A stretch of 34,217 nt of DNA from a virus (taxonomy: Duplodnaviria > Caudoviricetes). Where the stretch lies: positions 1 to 34,217 of the IMG/VR virus record IMGVR_UViG_3300020045_014690; one strand, written 5' to 3'. Within the stretch, counting starts at the first letter, position 1, and the number at the start of each line of letters is the position of its first letter. The notes beneath the pieces were generated by a model. That model had not been told where the DNA came from, did no database searches, and was given only the letters and a program-made list of their open reading frames with translations. A program made the position numbers and the translations under genes. Below, piece after piece: positions 1-10,495 of the stretch.

Positions 1-396
1 ACCTTATTCCTTACCGATCACTAAGACCTGGACGATGACGACTGCCTCAGCGATAGTGCAGGAGTTGTGTGATGATGCAGGGATTACTTTAAGTTGGCAG
101 GTACTTGATTGGCTAATTGATAATCTGGGGCAAGTGCTTGCAATTGCGCTGGACTCACCGCCGGATAATAAACCGCAGCTAACGTACCGTTAGGCAAGGA
201 TTGCAGTTTTGCGCCTAAATCCGCTACTAACTCAGAAATAATGTCGATCGGATAGACTTTTTCTGCAACATAACTGGTGATTAGCCAATCAAGTACCTGC
301 CAACTTAAAGTAATCCCTGCATCATCACACAACTCCTGCACTATCGCTGAGGCAGTCGTCATCGTCCAGGTCTTAGTGATCGGTAAGGAATAAGGT
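1..396. repeat. Perfect 117-bp inverted duplication at the contig start (1-117 = reverse complement of 280-396), likely fold-back artefact
   Basis: Direct base-by-base comparison shows no mismatches. It interrupts a tail gene. Confidence 0.9.
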
Positions 397-680
397 TCAG
401 CTAACAGAACAGATTTTGAGCGGGCGCGAATGGAATAGCTAAAGCCGGTATCATTGCTGTCTGCATTCTCGACAATCAAGGCCCACGTTTCACTGCCTAG
501 ACTAAAATCAATCAGCACATATTGATTGCGTAAATTGGATAGTGGAATAAGTTTATTCAGGGCGACTTTATCTGCCACCTCTGCGCCAAAATCCCACAAC
601 CACGAATCAATAGCCGCGCTAATGCTGGCAGTGATGAAGGGGATTTGTTCGCCCGTAGCGGTAATTTTTAAACTGTTCAT
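84..680 (-). CDS. Tail/baseplate hub-like structural protein, C-terminus truncated by the fold-back
   Basis: Last gene of the coupled tail operon (ATGA overlap with the upstream gene). The final residues derive from the inverted copy 1-117. Confidence 0.6.
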   Translation of the reverse strand: MNSLKITATGEQIPFITASISAAIDSWLWDFGAEVADKVALNKLIPLSNLRNQYVLIDFSLGSETWALIVENADSNDTGFSYSIRARSKSVLLAEPYSLPITKTWTMTTASAIVQELCDDAGITLSWQVLDWLITSYVAEKVYPIDIISELVADLGAKLQSLPNGTLAAVYYPAVSPAQLQALAPDYQLANQVPANLK

Positions 681-1204
681 TCATAAACTCCATAAACCGG
701 CGTTTCTGGCTGGTGAATATCAACCACCACACTCCCCAACTCATCAGGCATTTGAATGATAAACACCTTATCAACGGCTGCCTGTTCATATTCTGACAGC
801 TCAACTTTAAAGGTTTTATCAACCGCATCAACTTGAGTTAATGGGATTTTAAAAACCTTTTCAATAGTATCAGTCCCGGAAATAGTTAGTTTTTTTACAT
901 CAGCCCCAGAATTCGCCCAGCCAAAGCGCTCACCCGTTTCAGGAATACGTGCATCAATCGTGAAATTTAATAACCAATAGCCCGGATACCAGGGATGTTC
1001 AGCTGTTAAATCGGGGAGCAAAGTGGCGATATAATAATAATTGCCATCAAGCGCCACTGTTTTTCCAATCGTTGCCAAAACCGGATCGCTAACCCCGGCA
1101 ATAAATTCAGCGGAAAATAACGCTTTTTGCGTTGCTGTTAAAGCAAGGCCGGGGTCGCCATCGCCCGGCAACCAGCCATAATCCAGCAAAAAATCAATTG
1201 CCAT
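677..1204 (-). CDS. Putative tail-associated protein
   Basis: 175 aa, translationally coupled within the tail operon. Confidence 0.65.
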   Translation of the reverse strand: MAIDFLLDYGWLPGDGDPGLALTATQKALFSAEFIAGVSDPVLATIGKTVALDGNYYYIATLLPDLTAEHPWYPGYWLLNFTIDARIPETGERFGWANSGADVKKLTISGTDTIEKVFKIPLTQVDAVDKTFKVELSEYEQAAVDKVFIIQMPDELGSVVVDIHQPETPVYGVYE

Positions 1205-2844
1205 TACATAATCCCCTTTAAGTTGGTAATGTCGTTAGCATACCCAGTATTGGCATTATCCAGTTTCAATACTGTTTTTGCGGCATAGGTGAAGGCATTT
1301 GTGTAAGTCAGTGGGTCAAAAATCCCACTGCTGTCGACATTTAAGCCACTGATTGGCTCCAGTTGACAGAGCTTATTGGCATATTTATCTACCAGACTCA
1401 GCCCACGCACCTCGTTACCTTCTAAATACGCATCATCTAAAGATAAAAAGGCGTTATAAATTTTCACATATAAACAGGTTTGAAAGAGACTTTCGCGTAC
1501 TTTTAGCGCCAGTTTTCCCACGGTTAAAAAACCGCTTATTTCCCTCAGCAGCACTTTTTCAAATACCGACGTTGAGCTTGCCGCCGTATAAGCATGGCTA
1601 AATGCGCCTATTTTCAAGCTGCTTTGCAAATCATAATTACTACTTGCAGCGGTACCGGTTTTGCTAATATCGGTATAAGCAAACAAGCCATAACGTAAAT
1701 CCAAGTTATCAGGATTTATATAATTCCAGTCATAAGGCGCAATCACTTCATCAGTGGTCATTTCATAACTGGTTTCTGATAGAAAACCAGAGGTTTTTTG
1801 TACCCAGTATTCCGATAATTCAGGTCGCCAAACCACCCCATACGAGTGTCCGACATCATTATGATGGGTAGTAATTTGGGTTATCGTATCAACACGATTA
1901 ACAGCGCTCAGGGCTTGGTCGTTAAAATTGACGGCGGCGGTTTGTGTGTTTGTTTCTATTTTTGTTTCGACAATATCCAGCGTGCCATCGGCAATAAATT
2001 CGCCCTCAGCCGCGCCTTCAGGAATGCTGGATGGGTTGTAATAAATCCCTATCCATTCCGTAGTGATGTCGGGCAGCGCCGGGGCGCTTGTGATGGATTG
2101 CGAAAAAGTATGGCTGAATTCAGTGCTGATGAAAAAAGTCTGTTTAGTACCCGCAGAATTAAAATCCACTGCGACCGTGACGCTGGATAAATCGCGATAC
2201 GGAAAACTATCAACACCGGGGTCATTAAAATAAACGTAGCTGAACACATCCTGATATTCCGTGTTACTAATCGCAGCGCTTAAAGTGCCTGTCATCACCA
2301 GGGCAACATCAACTATCACGGTATGATTTGCATAAGGCACAGCAATAAAAGCGGCTTTGCTGCAATCGGGCGCGATAGCGACACATTGCAAAATCTGGCT
2401 GTAATAACCCAGTGTTTCGGCATAAAGCACGCGGTTATTTTTAATCAGATAGCAGGTTAAATCATCAGGTGAACCGATGCCGGTATGGTTCCAGACAAAC
2501 GCAATTAACACGGTATTTTTAAACGAAGCCCCAGCAACCACACCGGTAATTCCAGCTAATGAAGTGCCGGCATTATTTTCCACCAGTGCTAAATCAAATG
2601 TGTGCCCCGCTTTATAAACCTTTAAGTCTAGCCCTACACCAGCGTATCGATGCACACCGCGCCAACTGACTTGGACTTTATCGTGATCGGTCCAGTCAAT
2701 ATTGCCAAATTTCAGCGAGCTGTTTTTCTTGTCTGGCTCTACAAATCCCGTGTCTTTTGACTTTAATAAGCGCTGCTCGGTCGCATTGTCATAAACAAAA
2801 CCGTTCTTGACTGGTAAATTCAAAAGCTGGTCATCACTTATCAT
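1204..2844 (-). CDS. Putative tail structural / receptor-binding protein (beta-rich)
   Basis: 546 aa, T/S/Y/V-rich, in the tail operon with overlapping start/stop codons. Confidence 0.6.
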   Translation of the reverse strand: MISDDQLLNLPVKNGFVYDNATEQRLLKSKDTGFVEPDKKNSSLKFGNIDWTDHDKVQVSWRGVHRYAGVGLDLKVYKAGHTFDLALVENNAGTSLAGITGVVAGASFKNTVLIAFVWNHTGIGSPDDLTCYLIKNNRVLYAETLGYYSQILQCVAIAPDCSKAAFIAVPYANHTVIVDVALVMTGTLSAAISNTEYQDVFSYVYFNDPGVDSFPYRDLSSVTVAVDFNSAGTKQTFFISTEFSHTFSQSITSAPALPDITTEWIGIYYNPSSIPEGAAEGEFIADGTLDIVETKIETNTQTAAVNFNDQALSAVNRVDTITQITTHHNDVGHSYGVVWRPELSEYWVQKTSGFLSETSYEMTTDEVIAPYDWNYINPDNLDLRYGLFAYTDISKTGTAASSNYDLQSSLKIGAFSHAYTAASSTSVFEKVLLREISGFLTVGKLALKVRESLFQTCLYVKIYNAFLSLDDAYLEGNEVRGLSLVDKYANKLCQLEPISGLNVDSSGIFDPLTYTNAFTYAAKTVLKLDNANTGYANDITNLKGIM

Positions 2845-3752
2845 ACGATGGAGTATTTTGATTTTAATGCGTTAATTTTAGACTGAATGTCTGCTGTCTC
2901 TGAAGAACTTAACCCAGCCGGAATGCTTTCAGTTATCTGCCATTTCACATCCAGAAAATGACTGCCGTGTGGGGTTGGATAAGCCCAGTCTATCAACGTA
3001 TCGGCATCGTGTGGCTCAGCTGTGACACCATTCCACCAGATTTCCGCTTGTGCCTTTTGTATTTTTACGCTATCTAAATCCAGCTCTGACACGTTAGCAG
3101 CAGGATAGTGAGCGTAGCTAATAGTGGTTGAGTTAAATGTAGTTGGCATTTCATAGCGTTTATCTGCAATAAGTAACTCCCGATAAATGCGTGCAACAAG
3201 CACTTTATCGTCTTTGCTAAATGTTGGCGCAGGCACTTCATACCGCGCCGCTACTCCATGGGCATCCAGGTCAATCGCCATAATCACACCGGTTGTAATC
3301 AACAATCCGCCGCCGGGCGGTGTTTCCGTGTGAGCAGTGTAATCATAAACATCACCAAGCGCCTGATAGGTAACAACTAAATCGCCATAGCACTCAACGC
3401 TGGTTTTTAATTGTCCATTCACTACCGTAAAACCCGGCATGCCAATTTCATTGTTATTCTCATCAAAAACCACGCCCGATACACTGACAAGCGCTTGCAC
3501 CCGATATTTGCAACTGGCTATTGAGCCATTCACGGAACCAGAAATAGCTACCTGTTCCGACTCAATTAAATTAGTGGTAGTGGCATTAAACGCTACACTG
3601 CCATAATCTGTAAAAACCCGCAAATTACGCCGTGCCGGGTAAATAATCACCTTGGCTAAAACACCGGTTAAACTGGGGCTTGCTAACGGGTAAGGCTCAA
3701 TTGCAATCCCGGCGGCAGAAGTCCAATCGATAATGTGGGTGGTTTTCGCCAT
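2841..3752 (-). CDS. Putative tail protein
   Basis: 303 aa beta-rich ORF in the tail operon. Confidence 0.6.
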   Translation of the reverse strand: MAKTTHIIDWTSAAGIAIEPYPLASPSLTGVLAKVIIYPARRNLRVFTDYGSVAFNATTTNLIESEQVAISGSVNGSIASCKYRVQALVSVSGVVFDENNNEIGMPGFTVVNGQLKTSVECYGDLVVTYQALGDVYDYTAHTETPPGGGLLITTGVIMAIDLDAHGVAARYEVPAPTFSKDDKVLVARIYRELLIADKRYEMPTTFNSTTISYAHYPAANVSELDLDSVKIQKAQAEIWWNGVTAEPHDADTLIDWAYPTPHGSHFLDVKWQITESIPAGLSSSETADIQSKINALKSKYSIV

Positions 3753-3755
3753 GGC

Positions 3756-4709
3756 TTAATACTCGAAACGCAACGCCAGCGGTAACAAATCCGTTTCAGC
3801 AGCAGCTCCGGCATAAACCTCGTGCTTTAGCCATAGCGCTAGTGCCGCCGGATGCACCTGAAAAGTCATGGTTTCCCCTACCGTGCCAGAACCGCCCCAA
3901 CCTAAAGCGGGAATCCTGAAATAAGGCAGGGAAAAATCAGGATTTACTGGCGCATAATCAGTTAAGGTTGAGCCATTCGGCATTCCGCTGATTTTGTCGC
4001 TGATGACAGAAAACGAAGTGGCATCAGTAAAAGTCAGGGTAACGGTTTGCTCAATCGTGCTGAGGTTTTCCAGCACCAAAGGATAAGTAGTTTCGTCATA
4101 AGTCGATGTGCTGAAAGTTTTAACCAGATTGTCAGCACTGGTGATGACATCGTAAGCAACCAGACAAGCGCCAACAAACGCCCCAGCCAGATAATCATTG
4201 GCAATTCCAGAAACTAAGGTGATTTGCGCCTGTTCAGCCGTCCACGCCACATCAGAAACTTGCAGATTTACTTCTTCGTTAACGCCATCGCCGATGAATA
4301 AGGTATCACCGGCCTGAACCACAAAATCAGCCGCGCAGCCAGTTTCAAAATCAACAATTAAAACTGTTTCGCCTGTCAAAATAGCCGCATTTAGCACACC
4401 GGTGGCATAGTTACGCGCGGCTTTAGTTGCCAGCGTATCGCGTTGGGTTCCGGGACCAAAAACAGCACGGGTGCCGGTTGAACTGCTCGGACTTTTTAGA
4501 AAGGCTTTAGCGCGAATGATCGGCGTATTAGCTAAATCAGCTACTTTGACAAACAGTTTGCGCCAGTGATTAACCCCTGCCACTTGTTCGCTAGGTGGAA
4601 TTACCGGTAAACCACCAGCACTATTGGCTAAGCGGTTAACCATCCGCCCACCACAAGCTGTGGTGTTGCTGTTGTTTTCGGCTTGATAAAACAGATAAGC
4701 GATTGTCAT
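3756..4709 (-). CDS. Minor tail protein
   Basis: N-terminal GGRM...RKLFVKV motif recalled from siphophage tail proteins of proteobacterial prophages. Second gene after the tape measure. Confidence 0.65.
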   Translation of the reverse strand: MTIAYLFYQAENNSNTTACGGRMVNRLANSAGGLPVIPPSEQVAGVNHWRKLFVKVADLANTPIIRAKAFLKSPSSSTGTRAVFGPGTQRDTLATKAARNYATGVLNAAILTGETVLIVDFETGCAADFVVQAGDTLFIGDGVNEEVNLQVSDVAWTAEQAQITLVSGIANDYLAGAFVGACLVAYDVITSADNLVKTFSTSTYDETTYPLVLENLSTIEQTVTLTFTDATSFSVISDKISGMPNGSTLTDYAPVNPDFSLPYFRIPALGWGGSGTVGETMTFQVHPAALALWLKHEVYAGAAAETDLLPLALRFEY

Positions 4710-5063
4710 TTAAACCTCGGTAAAATTAAGCGTAACGATAAATTTTGCAGTATCGGCATGTTGGTTAGTGGCGCGTAATGCCGGAGAGTCGATGGCATCT
4801 AAAATCACATTAAACAGCCGGCTATCGTTATGGGTTAAATTCGCGACCTCGCCACTATCTCTAATCAGCACCAATTGCTTAATCGTGGCATAAGTTTGCC
4901 AGCCACAGTCGTATGTTATTTTTCGGAATTTTTGCAGGCGCTTTTGAAACAGAAATTGCCGCCCGTCTTCAGTCCACTTTTGCTGTGATTGAATCGCAGA
5001 GCCTTCAAATTCATTCAGCCAGCGCGTGTTACTGCTTAAATCAATATCGTTTAAGGTTGCCAT
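4710..5063 (-). CDS. Distal tail (Dit-like) protein
   Basis: 117 aa directly after the tape measure gene, with a W-x-N-E-F N-terminal motif. Confidence 0.55.
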   Translation of the reverse strand: MATLNDIDLSSNTRWLNEFEGSAIQSQQKWTEDGRQFLFQKRLQKFRKITYDCGWQTYATIKQLVLIRDSGEVANLTHNDSRLFNVILDAIDSPALRATNQHADTAKFIVTLNFTEV

Positions 5064-8000
5064 TATCGATGCGTCCGTTTTTGCTGTTGGAGCTGTGAAA
5101 TAAGGGTTTTAAGCACATCCTGATTTTGTGCTGATACGCTGGTTGGCAGATTAATTTCGCCCATCCCTAAATTCAGATCATACGAGCCTAAGCTTTTAGT
5201 AGCGGTTTGCGGGTTTAATTTTCCAGAATTCAGCGCGTGCAGAAATTGCGGGTTGAGTCTTTGCACAGCTGGTTTTTGGATGACAAATTCACCAGGGGTA
5301 AGCATCGCTGGAACGGTGTCGGAATTTCCAGCGCCCGGAACATGGCCGCCGCTGGCAAATCGTTTAATAGACTCAATAAAACCGCCTTTGTTTTTATGTT
5401 GCGGTGGCGTGGGTGCACCATTTTTATCAGACCACGATATTTCAATCACGCGAGGCTTGGTTGCCTCTTCGACTTTTTGCTTTAAAACGTCAACTTGCGT
5501 GGTATCAACAATAACCTTTAGTTCGCTGCCGGTCGTTAAAGTAGTATTCAGAGCTTCAATTTGCGTGGCAAGATTGGTATAAGCTTGCCGTTGTACTTCT
5601 GCATCAAATGCAGCTTTATCGGCTTTAGCCTGTTCTTCGGATTTCTGTTTTGTCAGCGCTTCATTGGTAAGTTTTAACGACTGCTCATAATTATATTGAG
5701 CAATTGTCACATCACGATAATCACCGCCTGCTTTTGCTGCTGCCGCTGCTGCCTTTCCCTGCTCCAAAGTGAGCGCATTCAACTCTTTCCCCAGTTCAGC
5801 GGCCTGTGAATAGTCAGGTTTATCTTGCTGCATCAACTGGCGAAGCTGTGCAGTTTTTCGCTCAATTTCCAGTTGTTTATCGGCGGAAAGCTGCGCGTCT
5901 GTCATTCCAGCGCGGGCAATTTCTCGCACGCCGTCTTGTCCTTGTTTTTTTAAATCCTTAATTTCTTTATCAAGAGCAACAACTTTGTCACGATGCTCTT
6001 TTTCAAGCGCACTTAAGGCGGTGATATTGGTTTTATACGCATCCTGAATTTCTTTTAGCGTGGCTTTTTTAGTCGCGATCTCTTCCTGGTTTAAAACTTT
6101 CTTTTTACTGGCGTGATCGGTAAGGGCAGTTTTTTCTTGAGCCAGTTGTTTTTTCAGCTCATTAAAAACAAGCTGAGCTGTACGTATTTTTTCAGCAAAT
6201 ACCGCATCATCAATCTGTTTTTGAGTTTTTCCTGAGTTTTGAAGTTCATAAATTTTTCTAGCTTCTGCATCACGCAGGTTTTGAATATCACGATCTCGCT
6301 GTTCTTTCTGGATTTGGGTGATTAAATCCGCGCGTTTTTTAGCTTCAGCTGGGTCTTCTTGTCCAGATGGTAAATTTCCGCCAGTATCAGGTGTGCGTTG
6401 ATCCGGTTTTGCTATTTTTCGCTGTTGCTGACCTGCTTTTATGCGACGTTCCACATCACTTTTAAAATTAGCCATCGGGTTATTTTCCATAATCCGAGCC
6501 ATTTCATCGGTAAATATCTGCTCATTTCTTAATAATGCAGCTTGCCGTTTTTTTTGTGCATCTTCCACAGTTGAATCATCAAACATGGCATTGTAAACGT
6601 CCTTGATAAAGTCAATGTTAATGCCAATTTTATCCGCCATCTGTCCAGTTCTAGCCCCGATTAACTGCCATCCGTGAATAAAAGCATTTACAAATGCTTC
6701 AAAATCCGCCATCACGCCGCCAAAACCTAGCCATTCACCGGAAAAAGCTTTTTTCACTCCTTCAATAACGGCTTTTAATTCTGCAAAATCGTTACTTAAC
6801 CCTAAAAACTCAGCAACAGCAGCGGCGGATGAGATAAAACTTTGTACAATAATGTCCAACATAGCTTTGATAGCTTGCCCTACTGTAGTTGTCGTTTCTC
6901 CCCATTTAACCGTTACCGGTAATAAATTCGAGATACCCACAAAAAGCAGAGTCAATGCCCCAATTGCCAATCCGATAGTACCGCCAAATAATCCTATCAA
7001 AAGAGCGCGTAACGCTACAAAAACACTCCCCGCCCTGATTGCCGTGAATACTGCGCCAATTCCTGCGGTCTGAAAAGTCGCCCATGCTCCAGCAATGCCT
7101 AATATTGCAAGCCTAACGCCTCTCAAAGAGGCTGCAAGAATTCCCCCTTGAGCCGAAAAGCCAAATAATAACCCCAGTGCATTGATACCCAGCTTTAAAA
7201 ACCGTAATGCACCGGCCACTGATAAAATACTCAGCGTTACCGCCGCCAGCGTTTTGAAAATCGGATGATTTTCTGAAAATGAGGTTAAACCATTGGATAA
7301 CCACCTAAAGCCGTCCACTACCTTGCTGATAGCCGGTAAAAACGTGGTGGTTAAACTCTCAGTCAGATTGTTAAACGAGTTTTTTAATAGGGTTAATTTA
7401 GCGTCAACCGTTTTAATCTGTTTGACGTAAGCCGCGTGAACACTACCGCTATAAACTGTCTCATCAGTTGCACTTTTTAATGAGGCTTTGAATAAATCAA
7501 CGTTATCGACCAGTTTGGCCAAAGCAATCGCATCCTGACCTTTTCCTAAAAACTTGGTCGCTAAATCCAGTCTATCTGCCTTAGATAAACCGTTCATTTT
7601 TTCCAGCAAACTTTGCAAGGTTGGCAGCGGCTTGGCTTTTATATCAGCGGCTAATTTTTCCGCTGATGTTCCCATTAACCTTAAGCCTTCCTGAAATGGA
7701 TCCGTTTGGTTTTTAGCATTTTGCAGCGAGGAAAGTAGATTAACAATCGCGGTTCGTGCCGTTTCTGGGACTTCACCTAATGACAGCAGCGATCCCACTA
7801 ATGCAACTGTCTCTCCTTTTAATAGCCCAAAGTTTTTACCAGCTGTTGCTACGCCAGTTGATAAAACCTCGAAAACATCTATTTCCCGAACTTTTCCAGG
7901 CATACTGTCAGCAACGGTATTTACCTGATCGCTTAAGCTAACTAAACCTTCCTGAGTTAAATCCAGTTGCGTTTGTATCGTCCCTAAACTTTCGGCCAGC

Positions 8001-8830
8001 TGCTGTGCTGGAATATCCAATGCCACCGCGCCCTCTGACACAATGCGGATAAACTCAGGAATTTCAGCAACCGATTTACCCATCGCGCCCGCAATCCCTG
8101 CAACGGCGTATAAATCCTCAACTGGAACCGCTAATTCAGTAGCTGATAGTTTTTCTATTTCAGCTTTTAAGCCCTGAATTTCTTCGCGAGTGCCGTTAAT
8201 AGTGCGCGAAGCCTGACTAAATGAAGCTTCCCTCGCAATTCCTTCTTTTAAGCTTTTAAAAGTGGCGGCGGCTTGCACAGCAAATAAAGCCAACGATAGC
8301 GCTGCCTGTTTAACCTCCTGCCTAAAATCATTAAGCTGAAAATTCTTTGCAGCGACTGATGCTTTTTTTATTCCGTCTTCGATATGTTCAAATAATGTTT
8401 TTTCGCCCTTGCCAATGCCAATAACAACCCGAAAGCTGCCCATCAAATCAACAAATCGCGTTAATGGTGTAATTGGAAAGTTTATTGCTCTGAGGAAGTC
8501 AGCAAAACGCTTTAGAAATCCAAGCGAAATGGAAATGTCTTTATGGGTATTTTGAACTAAAAAATCGAATACTTTTAGTTTTGAGCTGGTAGTTTCAAGC
8601 CGAATCGTCAAACCTAAGTAAGACTGAGCCAGTTTTACCAAATTAAACGTGACTGCAATTGTGGACAGGAGAGTCCCTGCTATAGAACTGCCAAAACGGG
8701 TAAAGCCACCCGAAGCTTTGTCCGCACTTTTAGCCGATTCATCAAGCGCCTCGGATGTTTTGTTTAGTTCTGGCTCCGCATTTTTAGCATCAACGTTTAT
8801 TTTGATATTAATGTCATTATTACTCGCCAT
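5063..8830 (-). CDS. Tail tape measure protein (TP901-family core)
   Basis: 1255 aa with an Ala/Leu-rich helical core, hydrophobic segments and coiled coil, plus the C-terminal FASGGHVPGAGNSDTVPAMLTPGEFVI motif. Confidence 0.93.
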   Translation of the reverse strand: MASNNDINIKINVDAKNAEPELNKTSEALDESAKSADKASGGFTRFGSSIAGTLLSTIAVTFNLVKLAQSYLGLTIRLETTSSKLKVFDFLVQNTHKDISISLGFLKRFADFLRAINFPITPLTRFVDLMGSFRVVIGIGKGEKTLFEHIEDGIKKASVAAKNFQLNDFRQEVKQAALSLALFAVQAAATFKSLKEGIAREASFSQASRTINGTREEIQGLKAEIEKLSATELAVPVEDLYAVAGIAGAMGKSVAEIPEFIRIVSEGAVALDIPAQQLAESLGTIQTQLDLTQEGLVSLSDQVNTVADSMPGKVREIDVFEVLSTGVATAGKNFGLLKGETVALVGSLLSLGEVPETARTAIVNLLSSLQNAKNQTDPFQEGLRLMGTSAEKLAADIKAKPLPTLQSLLEKMNGLSKADRLDLATKFLGKGQDAIALAKLVDNVDLFKASLKSATDETVYSGSVHAAYVKQIKTVDAKLTLLKNSFNNLTESLTTTFLPAISKVVDGFRWLSNGLTSFSENHPIFKTLAAVTLSILSVAGALRFLKLGINALGLLFGFSAQGGILAASLRGVRLAILGIAGAWATFQTAGIGAVFTAIRAGSVFVALRALLIGLFGGTIGLAIGALTLLFVGISNLLPVTVKWGETTTTVGQAIKAMLDIIVQSFISSAAAVAEFLGLSNDFAELKAVIEGVKKAFSGEWLGFGGVMADFEAFVNAFIHGWQLIGARTGQMADKIGINIDFIKDVYNAMFDDSTVEDAQKKRQAALLRNEQIFTDEMARIMENNPMANFKSDVERRIKAGQQQRKIAKPDQRTPDTGGNLPSGQEDPAEAKKRADLITQIQKEQRDRDIQNLRDAEARKIYELQNSGKTQKQIDDAVFAEKIRTAQLVFNELKKQLAQEKTALTDHASKKKVLNQEEIATKKATLKEIQDAYKTNITALSALEKEHRDKVVALDKEIKDLKKQGQDGVREIARAGMTDAQLSADKQLEIERKTAQLRQLMQQDKPDYSQAAELGKELNALTLEQGKAAAAAAKAGGDYRDVTIAQYNYEQSLKLTNEALTKQKSEEQAKADKAAFDAEVQRQAYTNLATQIEALNTTLTTGSELKVIVDTTQVDVLKQKVEEATKPRVIEISWSDKNGAPTPPQHKNKGGFIESIKRFASGGHVPGAGNSDTVPAMLTPGEFVIQKPAVQRLNPQFLHALNSGKLNPQTATKSLGSYDLNLGMGEINLPTSVSAQNQDVLKTLISQLQQQKRTHR

Positions 8831-9275
8831 CCTTCATCTCCTCTTTCCACTGCGCACTGTTATCAATCATCACTTTCACCACCGAATAGGGATAACTCGC
8901 TAATTCAGGATTAAGCCAAATCAGGCGGATAAAATCCTGATACAAATCCTCACCGCTAAAAGTATCGCCCGGCTGAAATCTATCTTGCGCCGACTCTTTG
9001 GGAATAAAAAAATCCGCATTAACCTGATAAAAAAATTGCTCTACCGCTTGTCGCTCTGCCTGATTCAGTTTTTTAGCCTGTTTCGCATCGCTAAAACCGA
9101 CAAAATCCACATCAGTAAAAATCCGCTCCCGCACTAGCGTATTAAACTTTTCCTGATCTTCGGGAAACAGCAAATCACGGCCTGTAAAAAACAGCCCAAT
9201 TATCTGAGCCACAGATAGCTCAAAGGCTGTACAAGACAGCCTTTGATTAATCGTTAATATTTTGTGATTGCGCAT
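8820..9275 (-). CDS. Probable tail assembly chaperone
   Basis: Lies between the tail tube gene and the tape measure gene and overlaps the TMP start. Confidence 0.6.
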   Translation of the reverse strand: MRNHKILTINQRLSCTAFELSVAQIIGLFFTGRDLLFPEDQEKFNTLVRERIFTDVDFVGFSDAKQAKKLNQAERQAVEQFFYQVNADFFIPKESAQDRFQPGDTFSGEDLYQDFIRLIWLNPELASYPYSVVKVMIDNSAQWKEEMKDGE

Positions 9276-9291
9276 AACATATAAGTTAATT

Positions 9292-9321
9292 TTGACAAAT
9301 CTTGTCCACAGGGTTTATGCT
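9292..9321 (+). promoter_or_regulatory. Sigma70 promoter of the antirepressor cassette
   Basis: TTGACA (9292-9297), 18-nt spacer, TATGCT (9316-9321). Confidence 0.7.
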
Positions 9322-9359
9322 TTTACACAGAGCCTTAGTAAGCTCGTTAAAAAGCGGAC

Positions 9360-9391
9360 ACCGCACCCGAAAGTTAAAGCGGTATTTTTTT
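9360..9391 (+). terminator. Leader terminator/attenuator
   Basis: ACCGC...GCGGT stem followed by a T7 run, just after the a1/b1 target. Confidence 0.55.
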
Positions 9392-9438
9392 GCCTGTCAG
9401 TTTTCCGTAATCTTGCATTCTATGGCATAATTACATTC

Positions 9439-9515
9439 GTTGGCTAGGTGTGGCGTGATATATCTAAATAAACGCTGCCGGTTACTTTTTGACGGTTACT
9501 AAGCTCCTAGCCAAC
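9439..9515 (+). ncRNA. C4/CI-type antisense RNA (P1 c4 / P4 CI / N15 CA-like)
   Basis: Closing stem GTTGGCTAGG (9439-9448) / CCTAGCCAAC (9506-9515) with internal stem-loops. Unpaired CTTTTT (9485-9490) and TTACTAAG (9496-9503) are complementary to CTTAGTAA...AAAAAG found upstream (9334-9354) and downstream (9534-9551). Confidence 0.8.
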
Positions 9516-9561
9516 CTCTTCGGAGGTTTTTATCTTAGTAAATAAAAAAAGGACACTCACC

Positions 9562-10266
9562 ATGAACATTCCTGTTCAAACTCTCCAAACAAAAACCATG
9601 TCCAGTCTGGAAATTGCCGAATTAACAGGCAAAAACCATAAAGACGTTTTACGCGACATTAAAAAAATCCTTGAAGAAGCTGAAATTCAACCAGCGCAAT
9701 TTTGCGCTAGTTACAAAGCTGGCAACGGGCAAATGCAACCCTGCTTTAATCTTCCCCGCCGCGAATGCGATTTAATCATCGCCGGTTATTCGGTCAAATA
9801 TCGCCTTGCCATTATTGACCGCTGGCAAGAGCTGGAAAAACAAAATCCACTGCCCACTTCTTTTTCAGAAGCTCTTTTGCTGGCGGGAAAAATCCAAGCC
9901 GAAAAAGAAGCCGCTTTGCTGAAAATTGCGCAGGACAAACCCAAAGTGGAGTTTGCTAACATCATCACCGAAGACAGCAACACGCGCTGCATCCGCATCT
10001 GGATTAAAGCCATGAAGCATGAAAACAATCTAATTGTTGGTGAACGCGAGGTTTTCAAATGGCTGCTGGAAAACCGCTATATCTTCAAAGACAAAAACGG
10101 TTATCTGCCCTATTCGCGTTACGAGTCCAACGGCTGCAACTATTTCACCGTCGTGATTGACGAAATCAACGGCAAACCGCGCCGTCAGCTTAAAATCACC
10201 GGAAAAGGCGTGGTCGCTTTAACTGGCAAAGTCGTCAAAGCATTTGCACAGGATGAGGTGGCATAA
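9562..10266 (+). CDS. Phage antirepressor: N-terminal Rha domain + C-terminal ANT/KilAC domain
   Basis: TMSSLEIAELTGKNHKDVLRDI (Rha); LPxSFSEAL...KPKVEF and KITGKG (KilAC/ANT). Confidence 0.9.
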   Translation: MNIPVQTLQTKTMSSLEIAELTGKNHKDVLRDIKKILEEAEIQPAQFCASYKAGNGQMQPCFNLPRRECDLIIAGYSVKYRLAIIDRWQELEKQNPLPTSFSEALLLAGKIQAEKEAALLKIAQDKPKVEFANIITEDSNTRCIRIWIKAMKHENNLIVGEREVFKWLLENRYIFKDKNGYLPYSRYESNGCNYFTVVIDEINGKPRRQLKITGKGVVALTGKVVKAFAQDEVA

Positions 10267-10267
10267 C

Positions 10268-10480
10268 ATGAGCAACGTAAACTATAAACTTTTCGATGCC
10301 ATCAATGATTTAGAATTTGCCATTAAATCTCATCATTGTGTGACCAGCCTTATCGCTTCCAGTTCAGAAGCCCATCATATTGACCTGGAAAATCTTCATG
10401 CCCTGTTAAGTGGTATCGGCGATAAACTGCAAATCCATTTCACTGAACTCGAAAAAGCAGCAAAAACAATTTCTGCTTAA
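10268..10480 (+). CDS. Small hypothetical protein co-transcribed with the antirepressor
   Basis: ATG at 10268 with GAGGTG SD, 1 nt after the antirepressor stop. Confidence 0.7.
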   Translation: MSNVNYKLFDAINDLEFAIKSHHCVTSLIASSSEAHHIDLENLHALLSGIGDKLQIHFTELEKAAKTISA

Positions 10481-10495
10481 TCTTTTCACTCAACC

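Noticed and set aside
1-396. Terminal inverted repeat as a hairpin telomere or invertible tail-fibre segment
   Set aside because: It is a perfect copy at the contig edge that breaks a tail gene. It has a 162-bp loop rather than a centred palindrome, and no protelomerase or invertase is present. Best explained as an amplification/assembly chimera.
5230-8903. Short antisense and alternative-frame ORFs inside the TMP (and similar ones inside other large genes)
   Set aside because: Shadow ORFs without recognisable motifs, unlike the nested MTase frame.
8820-9275. Programmed frameshift in the tail chaperone
   Set aside because: T-runs exist, but the ORF already reaches the TMP start and no second frame could be supported.
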